Shown here in pieces: positions 1-8,547 of a DNA stretch of 64,000 nucleotides. Below the pieces are notes generated by a model, which worked only from the letters and a program-made list of their open reading frames with translations, did no database searches and had not been told where the DNA came from. Position numbers and translations under genes: made by a program. This DNA comes from a virus. The stretch spans positions 1 through 64,000 of IMG/VR virus record IMGVR_UViG_3300032046_000013; one strand, written 5' to 3'. Positions within the stretch are counted from its first letter, which is position 1. The number at the start of each line of letters is the position of its first letter.

Positions 1-28
1 GAGCCGGGAAACATCTTGGCCCGCCCAG

Positions 29-229
29 TCAACCACGATCCGCCTCGGACTTTTGGGTTTCTTGGACTGCCCGAATCAGGGACTCGAACCGCCGAGCTTG
101 ATCTTCCATCCGCTTCCGCATCTCCTCTACCAACGAATTCCGCACCCGCGTCAACTCCCCTACGATGGTCGGACTGACCCCCACCGTCGACCATGTTGGT
201 CCAGTTTCATTATCGCCATTATTTTGCGG
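29..229 (-). CDS. Short coiled-coil hypothetical protein downstream of the tnpB element; true start unresolved
   Basis: The C-terminal part of ORF 29..409 (VGELTRVRNSLVEEMRKRMEDQARRFESLIRAVQE) looks helical. The upstream part of that ORF is IS right-end sequence read in another frame. Confidence 0.35.
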   Translation of the reverse strand, partial: PQNNGDNETGPTWSTVGVSPTIVGELTRVRNSLVEEMRKRMEDQARRFESLIRAVQETQKSEADRG

Positions 230-400
230 CTTTTGACACTCTCCCACGGCTGAAGCCGGGAGATTCTTCAGAGGCATGATGCCTCCAAACGGCTCTGCCC
301 GAGCCTCAAAATATTCAAACTTGCATTGAAGTCCCGATCCACCGTGAGTCCACAATTTGGACAGGAATGGACGCGATCCGCCAGCGTCTTGGGAACTCGC
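213..400 (-). ncRNA. TnpB omegaRNA/reRNA overlapping the tnpB 3' end; guide = flank AAGCCGCAAAATAATGGCGA (232-213)
   Basis: Established TnpB architecture; hairpins GGAGGCATCATGCCTCT and CCCGGCTTCAGCCGTGGG precede TCAA. The 5' end is approximate. Confidence 0.7.
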
Positions 401-1473
401 TCGCCGCATTGGGAGCAGATTTGCGAAGTTCCTCGGGGGTTGACTTTGATTACCTCATGCGCAGCTTCCTCCGCTTTCGCCTGAAGCATACCAAGGAACA
501 GACCCCATGACGCATCAGTGATGGACTTCGAGAGTTTCGTTTTGCCATTTTCGATCAGGTTGATGACTTCCAAATCTTCGATGAAAATGCGATTGTAGTT
601 TTGTATGTAATGGTTCGCGGTTTTGTGCAGAAAATCCTCGCGCTGATTATGGATGTGTTCGTGGGTCTTGGCTACGATCAGCTTGGACTTTTGGCGGTTG
701 TTCGAGCCACGCTGCTTGGTCTGGAGCCGCCGTTGACGGTCAGCCAGAAGTTTCTGCGACTTACGAAGAAACCTCGGATTTTCCGTGACCTTCCCGTCGC
801 TGTCCACGGCAAAGTTTTTCAGCCCCACGTCGATCCCGACCTCCCGATTCGTGGGTTTGAACTCGCGCTTCGGCACATCGTCGCACGAAAAATAAGCATA
901 CCATCGGCCAGTCGGCGACCGTTTGATCGTTACCGTTTTGATCTGACCCTGGATCGGACGCGAGAGGTGGAGTTTGAAAACGCCGACACCCCGGATGTTC
1001 AAATTCTTGCCATTGAGCTTCCAGCCCGCGATGTAATCCAGAGTGAATGAATCGTAGCGATCTGCACCTCGATAACGAGGAAATCCTGCCTTTTCCTTAT
1101 GGGCCTTGCATCTGGAAAAGAATAGATTGAACGCCCGATCCACCCGCTTAATCACATCTTGCAGGGTATGGGAATACACGACTTTGAATTCTGGATATTG
1201 GTCTTTCAGTTCCCGTAATTGCCGCATCTGTTCAAAAGCCGTGGTCGAATGCTGGAACTCGCGGTAGTTGATGATCCGCTGTTCCAGAGTCAGATTATAC
1301 AAAGTGCGGCACAACCCAAGCCAACACAGGGCGTTGACTTCGGTCTTCCGACTCAGCCGAGCACGATATTTGAAAGTGCGACGCATGATCTATTCTAATC
1401 CAATCTACCCCTCGGCTCAAGCCAAGGGCCTGGAATCTCTTCTGTTATAGTATAGACCTTCTGTCCATGCTTG
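233..1473 (-). mobile_element. IS200/IS605-family tnpB-only (IS1341-like) element
   Basis: tnpB ORF; right-end hairpin ending GGGAGAGTG-TCAA at 233; left-end hairpin CCCCTCGGCTCAAGCCAAGGG at 1408-1428; no tnpA in the window. The left boundary is inferred from GCTTGA|CAAG. Confidence 0.8.
268..1386 (-). CDS. tnpB: RNA-guided endonuclease TnpB (372 aa)
   Basis: N-terminal MRRTFKYR...CRTLYN; GFPRYR; RuvC-I GIDVGLK, RuvC-II IFIEDL, zinc ribbon CSQC/CPNC, RuvC-III DRDFNAS. All three catalytic acids are present. Confidence 0.96.
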   Translation of the reverse strand: MRRTFKYRARLSRKTEVNALCWLGLCRTLYNLTLEQRIINYREFQHSTTAFEQMRQLRELKDQYPEFKVVYSHTLQDVIKRVDRAFNLFFSRCKAHKEKAGFPRYRGADRYDSFTLDYIAGWKLNGKNLNIRGVGVFKLHLSRPIQGQIKTVTIKRSPTGRWYAYFSCDDVPKREFKPTNREVGIDVGLKNFAVDSDGKVTENPRFLRKSQKLLADRQRRLQTKQRGSNNRQKSKLIVAKTHEHIHNQREDFLHKTANHYIQNYNRIFIEDLEVINLIENGKTKLSKSITDASWGLFLGMLQAKAEEAAHEVIKVNPRGTSQICSQCGERVPKTLADRVHSCPNCGLTVDRDFNASLNILRLGQSRLEASCL

Positions 1474-1477
1474 TCAA
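1449..1477 (-). promoter_or_regulatory. Sigma70-type promoter for tnpB
   Basis: TTGACA (1477-1472), 17-nt spacer, TATACT (1454-1449), about 60 nt upstream of the tnpB ATG. Confidence 0.7.
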
Positions 1478-1484
1478 GCACTTT

Positions 1485-2813
1485 TTAACTCCCAAAAAAT
1501 TGAGTCGTCTGGTATAGGGGGTCTCCGGGAAGGATAAAACCCGGATCAGTTGGGCCAATCGGGGGAACCATTCCGTTGTGCGTGTGCGCCAAATACCGAG
1601 CCAAAAAACTGGCCTTTACCAATGGCACTCCGGCTCCGACCATCAGGGACGTGGTGATAATCACTGGACCAGTGATCGTCCACTGGCCCACCTGGGTCTG
1701 CCTAGCTCCGATAATCGTCTCGTTCTGATCGCCCATGAAAACGGCTTGGGATATGCCTCCAGCCAGACCGCCCGTCAAAGCAACTGTGGCTCCGCCAAGA
1801 AGCAATGCGCCTCCAGCTTGAATCTTGATGTTCCCACCCGCGACTTCCATGACATTTCCCGCGATGGTCACGTCCAGGCTTCCGCCCGCCGCCTGGATGA
1901 TGTCCCTGATCGCCAGTTGCTCGATATTCCCCTGGGATTCGATATGGATGGACCCGCCACTACGCACTGAGACATTGCCCTGGGCCGAGACCACATTCAC
2001 ATCTCCCTCGTCCGTGATCTCGATGAGATTCCCGTGCCGATCCTGAATCCGGCACGATTTTCTGACCGTCAAATTCCAGGTCAGAGCCTGGCAGTCGAAT
2101 ATCCCATCAATGATCTGGTGCAGATCTTTCGCATTATATCGAACCTCATTGCCCTGCTGATCCACTCGGCGTTCCACGGCTCCGCCGATCAGACGTTCCC
2201 GGAAAAACATGACCTGACCAGTTAGTGTATCTCGGACCATTTTCACATTCGGTGTGTATTCGTCGCTGAGTATCGGTCCGTAAATGCACTCGAACCCCCG
2301 AGCCTTAACAATCAACCGTCCATACTTATCCCACAACACCCGCGCTCCAGAATAGTATTGAGGAGCCGCTGAAGCCGAGGGACCCAGGATGTCGTTGTCC
2401 TCGATGCTCGTCTGATTGCACGTATCCGAACTCTGGATCAGGAACTCTCCAGGTTGGAGATTGGGAATTTCCTGGCGCGTGGTGAATAGCTGATCCAGGG
2501 AATGAGGCAAAAAGGAGACGATCACCGGCAGGTTGTTCTCGCGGAATCCCACGAGACAGATCGCGCCTTTTTCGGGCAGACCTCCGGCGAACATCGAATT
2601 CCCGACCGAAGCAAAGCAGATCGGAACCTCGATCTGCTGGCCGATCCGATCCCCGATGGTCACCATGACTTTCCCGGTGTAAATCCGGTTCCCTGCCTCG
2701 TCCAGGGTGTCCGTCCCGTCTTCGTTTTTTACGTAAGAATAGTCCTGGACTTTTCCCAGACAGAATCGGGAACCGAAACTTTTGAACCAGAAATCTGGCA
2801 TGAACGTGCTCAT
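1485..2813 (-). CDS. Baseplate central spike (gpV/gp5-like)
   Basis: N-terminal OB-fold-like segment (GGLPEKGAICLVGF), short beta-repeats, and C-terminal HTH metal-binding tip (LAHTHNG). Start moved to 2813 (ATGA overlap with the upstream stop). Confidence 0.7.
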   Translation of the reverse strand: MSTFMPDFWFKSFGSRFCLGKVQDYSYVKNEDGTDTLDEAGNRIYTGKVMVTIGDRIGQQIEVPICFASVGNSMFAGGLPEKGAICLVGFRENNLPVIVSFLPHSLDQLFTTRQEIPNLQPGEFLIQSSDTCNQTSIEDNDILGPSASAAPQYYSGARVLWDKYGRLIVKARGFECIYGPILSDEYTPNVKMVRDTLTGQVMFFRERLIGGAVERRVDQQGNEVRYNAKDLHQIIDGIFDCQALTWNLTVRKSCRIQDRHGNLIEITDEGDVNVVSAQGNVSVRSGGSIHIESQGNIEQLAIRDIIQAAGGSLDVTIAGNVMEVAGGNIKIQAGGALLLGGATVALTGGLAGGISQAVFMGDQNETIIGARQTQVGQWTITGPVIITTSLMVGAGVPLVKASFLARYLAHTHNGMVPPIGPTDPGFILPGDPLYQTTQFFGS

Positions 2814-4954
2814 TGACCAGCACCTCCCAGTATCGGCCCACCAGCAGACACCTGAGCAGAGGGTGGGGTGGATACAATATCTTCCGTCCGTGCTGGAAAC
2901 TGCTCTCTCACGATGACCCACGGATTCGGCACCGCATCGGACAGATCGTGAACATAGGTCAAACCAAGGGTCACGGAAATAGATTGACCCTTGGTCAGCG
3001 TCAGGCTCAGACTATCAATGTAACCGAGTTTCTGACGCTCAAACAGAAGCAGGGTCTTACCCAAATCCAGGTCCGGGCGATTCCGTAAGTGGACGGTTCC
3101 CGTGTCGGCTCGATATTGGAGTTTCACGAGTAATAGTTGGGCGATCAAGTCCAGCAAAGGTCTACCGATGGAAATTCCCTTCTGATCCTTTCCGCTCAGT
3201 AGGGTGTTGTTGTAAATTCTCGATGATTCGACGAGTCGGACTCCATATCGCCATTGGGATTCCGAATTCCCCGCTACGCCGGTCAGAACCGTGACATTCA
3301 GGATGGGTCCGCTCGGCACTTCCATTTCAAATCCCGCTGGAGCCTGGACGAAATTGAAAATCGTTTCTTCAGATTCCGAGAGTGTCCAACCCTTGAGTGT
3401 AAAATCGGTAATCACGTAATTCAGCCGATGGGCCTTGACTGGCATATATTCCGGGGCTGGAGAAAAGTCATAGCTGATTTCAGGACTGATAATCGGTCGG
3501 GCCAATGACATGGGTTTGCGTCCCAAGATTCTCTTTTTGGCTGACGGCTTAGTTCGGTCAACCGGAACTTCTCGCGTTACAGTTGCAATCGAACCTGGAA
3601 TGTTATTCAACTTCGTCGCTTGATACACGATGTCGCCATTGGTCGTGGCGAACCAGTCGGAATAGGTGAATTCGGCAACCCGGCGGCAGATCGCATCGGC
3701 CCGCGTTTTTTGAGGTTGGAACAGATCGAACACCGACTTGATTGCCTGTTGATAAATGTGAGTCTCTTGGGATTCCCTGGCATACGCATCGATCCAGATA
3801 TTGGCCCGCAACATATCCAGCGTCGTTTCCTCATCGATGCCCGCGCCTGGAGTTTTACCCCGGATACGCCGCAGGCAATCCGCGCCATCATACGGCACAC
3901 CATCGTATCGGCGGATCGTCTGCATCCCTCCAGTCGGTATCGGCACCGCAGGTTCCGCTCCGGGTAGATCGAATAGGGATGACGGCGGAGTTTCATACAG
4001 GGCAATCGATTCCGTTGATGCTTCTCCGAAATCCCAGAAGTTCTCTTTGAACCAGAAATGATCTTCACTGAAAGCCAACTCGACTGCCAAATCTTGGGCC
4101 GCAAGCAATGCCGCTGGATAACAATAGGTTTCCTGGACGATCTTACTGACCCGGACAATCAGATCGCTCGCCTTTTCCGTGGCCAGGATATTCGACCACG
4201 CAGGACTCGCATCCGCATTTTGTCTCTGCTGGATTTCCGGTATCAACAGAGTCCAGACCGCCGCCGTGGTCAGAATTTCGCTCATGGAAAATAATCTCAG
4301 CATATCCTTGCACGCGAGCACCAGTGTCGGTTCGCCTTCCACCTGATAACTATCGTCGATCTTGGAGATGATCCCACTGAAGCCCGCATACCACAGGCCG
4401 TCCTCTCCCTGGATGTCGAGAAATATCCGTTGCATCAGCCCCAATCCGGTGTTCCCCGCCTGATCTCGAAAAAAGGCCCGGCCTTCGACACCGGAATGAG
4501 GGCCGATACCAGGTCTCCATATCCAATTCAACCACCGCTGTTTGTATGCTTCAAACGAACTAGCGAGTTTCTCGGGGTTGCGGGGATTGATGTCCGGGAG
4601 ACATACTGATATCAGGTTATTCAAATGCGCTTGCAGAATTTCGCCCTTGCCTGTCTGGTCATTCGACCGGAATTCCGTGCGATTACCCCGTATCCGGTAA
4701 TACTTATCTCGGGGATTGGGCAGGGTCACGGTCATCGTCCCTTCACCATTGAGGGACCGCGATATGTTCCATGAAGACCAGTCCCGGATTTCCACCACCA
4801 AATCATTCGGCACGGTGATGAAATCCCGAGCCGCATCCGACCATCGAATACATTGCACCCATATCCGTGCCCGAGGTTGGTATCCCTCGGTCTGGGGAAT
4901 GATCCCCCAGCGATCTTGCTGGGGTCCACGAACTTTCGGAAACGGCGTGCTCAT
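2810..4954 (-). CDS. Baseplate hub/tail protein (714 aa)
   Basis: Lies between the tube-initiator-like genes and the spike; hub-like motifs GFSGIISKIDDSY, WFATTNGDIVYQ, and C-terminal RPDLDLG...YIDSLSLT. Confidence 0.6.
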   Translation of the reverse strand: MSTPFPKVRGPQQDRWGIIPQTEGYQPRARIWVQCIRWSDAARDFITVPNDLVVEIRDWSSWNISRSLNGEGTMTVTLPNPRDKYYRIRGNRTEFRSNDQTGKGEILQAHLNNLISVCLPDINPRNPEKLASSFEAYKQRWLNWIWRPGIGPHSGVEGRAFFRDQAGNTGLGLMQRIFLDIQGEDGLWYAGFSGIISKIDDSYQVEGEPTLVLACKDMLRLFSMSEILTTAAVWTLLIPEIQQRQNADASPAWSNILATEKASDLIVRVSKIVQETYCYPAALLAAQDLAVELAFSEDHFWFKENFWDFGEASTESIALYETPPSSLFDLPGAEPAVPIPTGGMQTIRRYDGVPYDGADCLRRIRGKTPGAGIDEETTLDMLRANIWIDAYARESQETHIYQQAIKSVFDLFQPQKTRADAICRRVAEFTYSDWFATTNGDIVYQATKLNNIPGSIATVTREVPVDRTKPSAKKRILGRKPMSLARPIISPEISYDFSPAPEYMPVKAHRLNYVITDFTLKGWTLSESEETIFNFVQAPAGFEMEVPSGPILNVTVLTGVAGNSESQWRYGVRLVESSRIYNNTLLSGKDQKGISIGRPLLDLIAQLLLVKLQYRADTGTVHLRNRPDLDLGKTLLLFERQKLGYIDSLSLTLTKGQSISVTLGLTYVHDLSDAVPNPWVIVREQFPARTEDIVSTPPSAQVSAGGPILGGAGQ

Positions 4955-5709
4955 GATGGTTGCCCACTCTCGTAATTTCGGTAATGGTAAAACAACGACC
5001 CAGGTGCGGTCTCTATCGGGATTGGCCTGAAATCCATCGAGAATCTGAGGCTGTCCTGACCTATCGAGGTCGAGACCATTTTCTGGTTAATCCGAGACCA
5101 AGCAAACGACTCCATCATAAATGAATATTTGATCTGGAACGGATCATTCGCATCCTGCCCAAATTGGAAGTCCTGGACGGACCCGAAGTAAGTATAGGAA
5201 TCATCGGTAAATAGCGCATACAGTTCCGAAGTCTGAGCCAGAAAAACCTGACGCAATTTCTGAAAACTGGCCCAGGCTTCGGATCGCGTGATGTCGAAAC
5301 TGCCTCCGCTCTTACGGAATCCCACTAGCGGATCACCGAATAGAGATAACTGATTTAATGCTTGGAGATCGAAGAAAATACCGCCTGCTGGTATCGGTCC
5401 GAATGCGCCAGTGGTGCCCGAGAGGTTGATCATCAGGGATTTGTTATACCAGTAAATGTTCTGATAACCGGACTTCACCAGTTCCAATGTCCGCATTTTC
5501 GACTGCGAGAATTCGGCTCGAACGGGATTGATTCGGAACAAAAAACCCGAGACTCTCGAAGATCGAATTCCACCCCAGTCCCCAAACGAGTTCATGTTCG
5601 CCTGGGTCACTATCGAGGTCTGGAATAACCACGAGGTCGGGGTCAGGACCCACGGATGCTTGCGCGTGGTCAGGTAAGCCAGTCCGCCAGGGATGCCGAA
5701 ATCAACCAC
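4951..5709 (-). CDS. Tube-fold baseplate/tube-initiator-like protein (paralog 1)
   Basis: FRINP...INLSGTTG...YFGSVQDFQFGQDANDPFQIKYSF; similar to the next ORF; synteny. Confidence 0.55.
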   Translation of the reverse strand: MVDFGIPGGLAYLTTRKHPWVLTPTSWLFQTSIVTQANMNSFGDWGGIRSSRVSGFLFRINPVRAEFSQSKMRTLELVKSGYQNIYWYNKSLMINLSGTTGAFGPIPAGGIFFDLQALNQLSLFGDPLVGFRKSGGSFDITRSEAWASFQKLRQVFLAQTSELYALFTDDSYTYFGSVQDFQFGQDANDPFQIKYSFMMESFAWSRINQKMVSTSIGQDSLRFSMDFRPIPIETAPGSLFYHYRNYESGQPS

Positions 5710-6580
5710 GGCGTCCTCCCTTATCCCGCTCGGTTATAGCCAGGTAATCCACGAAGGTAATTCGGCTTGTGGCCGGTATCTCATGCACCGGAGCCTGGGA
5801 AACGGGATTCAGTTCGGGATTCAGGGGTCGGACTATGAAACGCCGAATCAGTTCGCCCCGCGCCCGAGCTGTCGAAGGATTGATGCCCCCGGCATCGGGA
5901 TTGAACACCATGTCCAGGGGCGTGACCGAGATCAGAAGTTCATAATCGAAAAAAGATCGGAATGTGAATGAATAAGCGATATTGAACGGAGCTTGGGCAT
6001 CCCGGGTAAACCTCAGATCGTCCAGAACTCCGACATAAAACGCATTGAGATACTTCATCACGATCATTGTATCCGCGAACTCATCGAAGAAGTCCCGGAA
6101 TTGCAAAAACCATTGCCAGCCCGGGGATACAGTGTAGTCCTGCCACTGCTCTTCCGAGGTTCCGCCCATTGGAACATTCTGCGTGGCCATCGGAGAAAAA
6201 GCGGGAGTCACACCATCGTATTGGAAATTCTCGAATTGCAGATTCTGGTAGTGGTAATCATAGGAGGAGGCGAAAGGATTCGCCGCCTGCGCGGGTTCTT
6301 TGCCCAAGAAGATCGAGGACTGGATTTTTCTCCTGGATCGCCTTAACCTTTGGGGATTGATCTGAAAAGTGAACTGCTGAACTTGGGATTCCACGGGCTG
6401 ATTCGGATTGTTGGATATTCCGGCAAAGGTCATTAACCGCTCGACAAAGGGCAGGGATGTCGAAGTTCCGGCCAGACTGCTAATCACACTCAGCACGGAT
6501 TGAGCCTGACCCAAGGGACTCGTCGCTTCGCCCTGGGGGGTGCCCCGGCGGTTAGCCAAAGGTATGTCGAAATTTCCCAT
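5702..6580 (-). CDS. Tube-fold baseplate/tube-initiator-like protein (paralog 2)
   Basis: FQINP...FQYDGVT...YVGVLDDLRFTRDAQAPFNIAYSF; directly downstream of the tape-measure-like genes. Confidence 0.55.
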   Translation of the reverse strand: MGNFDIPLANRRGTPQGEATSPLGQAQSVLSVISSLAGTSTSLPFVERLMTFAGISNNPNQPVESQVQQFTFQINPQRLRRSRRKIQSSIFLGKEPAQAANPFASSYDYHYQNLQFENFQYDGVTPAFSPMATQNVPMGGTSEEQWQDYTVSPGWQWFLQFRDFFDEFADTMIVMKYLNAFYVGVLDDLRFTRDAQAPFNIAYSFTFRSFFDYELLISVTPLDMVFNPDAGGINPSTARARGELIRRFIVRPLNPELNPVSQAPVHEIPATSRITFVDYLAITERDKGGRRG

Positions 6581-8547
6581 TATTGAGTTCCCGTGATTCC
6601 CGAAGTATCATTTATGGGCAAGGGCGGATTGCCCTTGCGGATTATGAGTTTCCAAATCTGGATTATCGGAGCATTCGCCGGTAGCCATCCTGATTCTTCA
6701 TGTGCGGAGGATGCTGGTTCGTTGGCCAATCCCGGAAAGATATTTGGGGACGACAAGTATTGGGCGGATGCCGCTGGACGCGCCCTGTTCATTTTTTCTA
6801 TGGTTTGCCACGTCAGACCTTCCTTCTTGATTAAATTAACTATCTCAGTCGGGGAAATCCCCCGCCGCCAATCTACTTCTTCCTGAAATATGGCTTTAGT
6901 CGCCTGATTGATCTTCCCCGCCACGTCCTCCATCAGGCTCTGAATCTTGTCCGTTCGGGTGCGCCACGCAGGTAGGGTCTCCATATACTGGCGCATCCAC
7001 TCCGCCATGTCCAGATTCTGTAACTCTGGTGGTATGTCCGGTTCCCGACCTTCGATGATAGCCCGACGGACATAAATCTGTCGCTGGATGTTCAATGCCC
7101 CGGCCAAGGCCCATAACTGTTCTTCCCACATCCGCTGAGTATGGATATCCCCCCCCATCCTCGCGGATTCCTGGCGCATGACGAATCGGAATGCGTCGTG
7201 AAATAACTGACCTATCTGGTCAGCTTGGGCTTGGTCTATTTTTATCCCCAGTTCCTCATAGCCTCCTGTCCACCGCTGGACAATGCTTTGGAGCAGTCTT
7301 CCGCGCTCGGTCGGGGACTTCCCGGTTTTCAACAGTCGCAGAATTTCCTGGTATTCGCCCGTTCCTTCGAGATTTCGGATCATCAATTCCGCGAGTCCCG
7401 CCGAAGCTCCGAGATCGCCCTTGCCCATACCTGCGAGCATCATCTCCAAGTCCTGAAGGTTCATCACGGCTCGGTCAAGATATTTGGCAAAGTTCAACAC
7501 CGTCTGCGCGGACTCTCCTTGGGTCAGATGGAAGTATAGACCAATCTCCTGAAGTTTCAAGATGCGCTGGCGGAATTCCTCGATGTCGATCTGAACCCCG
7601 GAAATCCGAGAATAGAATAACCCGATATCCGTGAACATCCTGAGACTCGCCACCGTCTGTTCCGTCGTCTGGTCGAATAATCTACTGGATTGGCTAATCA
7701 GATTGGTCGAGTCCGAGAGAGATTTCCCGAGGAAAATCGCGGCTCGCCGGGTATCCGCCAAATCCCGGCCCAAGTCCTGCTGGTCCTGTTCTGAGATCGG
7801 CAGATTCTGTCTCAAGGTCATCATCGCTCCGCCGAATTCTTCGGCCATTGACGGATATTTGACCCGGAGTAACCGGACTTCATCCAGATAAGCATTGATC
7901 TGGCCCCGAGCATCGTAGTCCGGTCTTTCACTTTCCATGCCCTGAACCGGAAATCCCATGCCCGAGGCCATAGACTTGTAAGCGGCCCTCCGGTCTTTCA
8001 ATACCTGATCTCCGGCGGCATTCAGGGCCAGTAACATCCCGCTCATACTCATAAACTGGGTTTCGAGTCCCAGGGACGATGCGGCACGCTCAAAATCCTG
8101 ACCCGCGAGCATCAGTCCCCGAGGCCGAGTTAAGTCCTTCCGATCAAAAGCCTGATCTGGCCGCGACATATCGAACCGGATTTTTTCTATCAATTCCTGG
8201 TAATACCGTTTCGTCGCTTCCACGGCTTCGGAGAATGATCGCCTAACCGATTCTCCAAACGCGGCCCAGCCGTCGAGAGCCTGCCGTTCGGTTTTCAGGC
8301 CCATCTCTGCCAGATCAGACCGGAAGCCCTGATAGATTTCCGTCATCTGGCCCAACCACGATTGGCCTGCCTGGGCAATGTCTTCCACTACTCGATCAGC
8401 CTGGGTCGGAAACTCGATACTGGCAGTCAGGGCGTCTTGCTTGGCACTATCGGGGAATCTCCGCTTTAACTCGGACTCCGACATCTCCCGGGTCTCGACC
8501 GCCAGATCGAATACTTCTTGAAACGAGGAAGTGAGTCTGGTTTTCAT
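6580..8547 (-). CDS. Tape-measure-like helical protein, paralog C (655 aa)
   Basis: Helical A/Q/E/M-rich; shares FQEVFDLA, YPSMAEEFG and FAKYLDRAVMNLQDL-type motifs with its two neighbours. Confidence 0.6.
   Translation of the reverse strand: MKTRLTSSFQEVFDLAVETREMSESELKRRFPDSAKQDALTASIEFPTQADRVVEDIAQAGQSWLGQMTEIYQGFRSDLAEMGLKTERQALDGWAAFGESVRRSFSEAVEATKRYYQELIEKIRFDMSRPDQAFDRKDLTRPRGLMLAGQDFERAASSLGLETQFMSMSGMLLALNAAGDQVLKDRRAAYKSMASGMGFPVQGMESERPDYDARGQINAYLDEVRLLRVKYPSMAEEFGGAMMTLRQNLPISEQDQQDLGRDLADTRRAAIFLGKSLSDSTNLISQSSRLFDQTTEQTVASLRMFTDIGLFYSRISGVQIDIEEFRQRILKLQEIGLYFHLTQGESAQTVLNFAKYLDRAVMNLQDLEMMLAGMGKGDLGASAGLAELMIRNLEGTGEYQEILRLLKTGKSPTERGRLLQSIVQRWTGGYEELGIKIDQAQADQIGQLFHDAFRFVMRQESARMGGDIHTQRMWEEQLWALAGALNIQRQIYVRRAIIEGREPDIPPELQNLDMAEWMRQYMETLPAWRTRTDKIQSLMEDVAGKINQATKAIFQEEVDWRRGISPTEIVNLIKKEGLTWQTIEKMNRARPAASAQYLSSPNIFPGLANEPASSAHEESGWLPANAPIIQIWKLIIRKGNPPLPINDTSGITGTQ

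Noticed and set aside
29-409. 126-aa protein homologous to ORF 32846..33421
   Set aside because: The shared peptide is IS right-end DNA read in an alternative frame, not protein homology.
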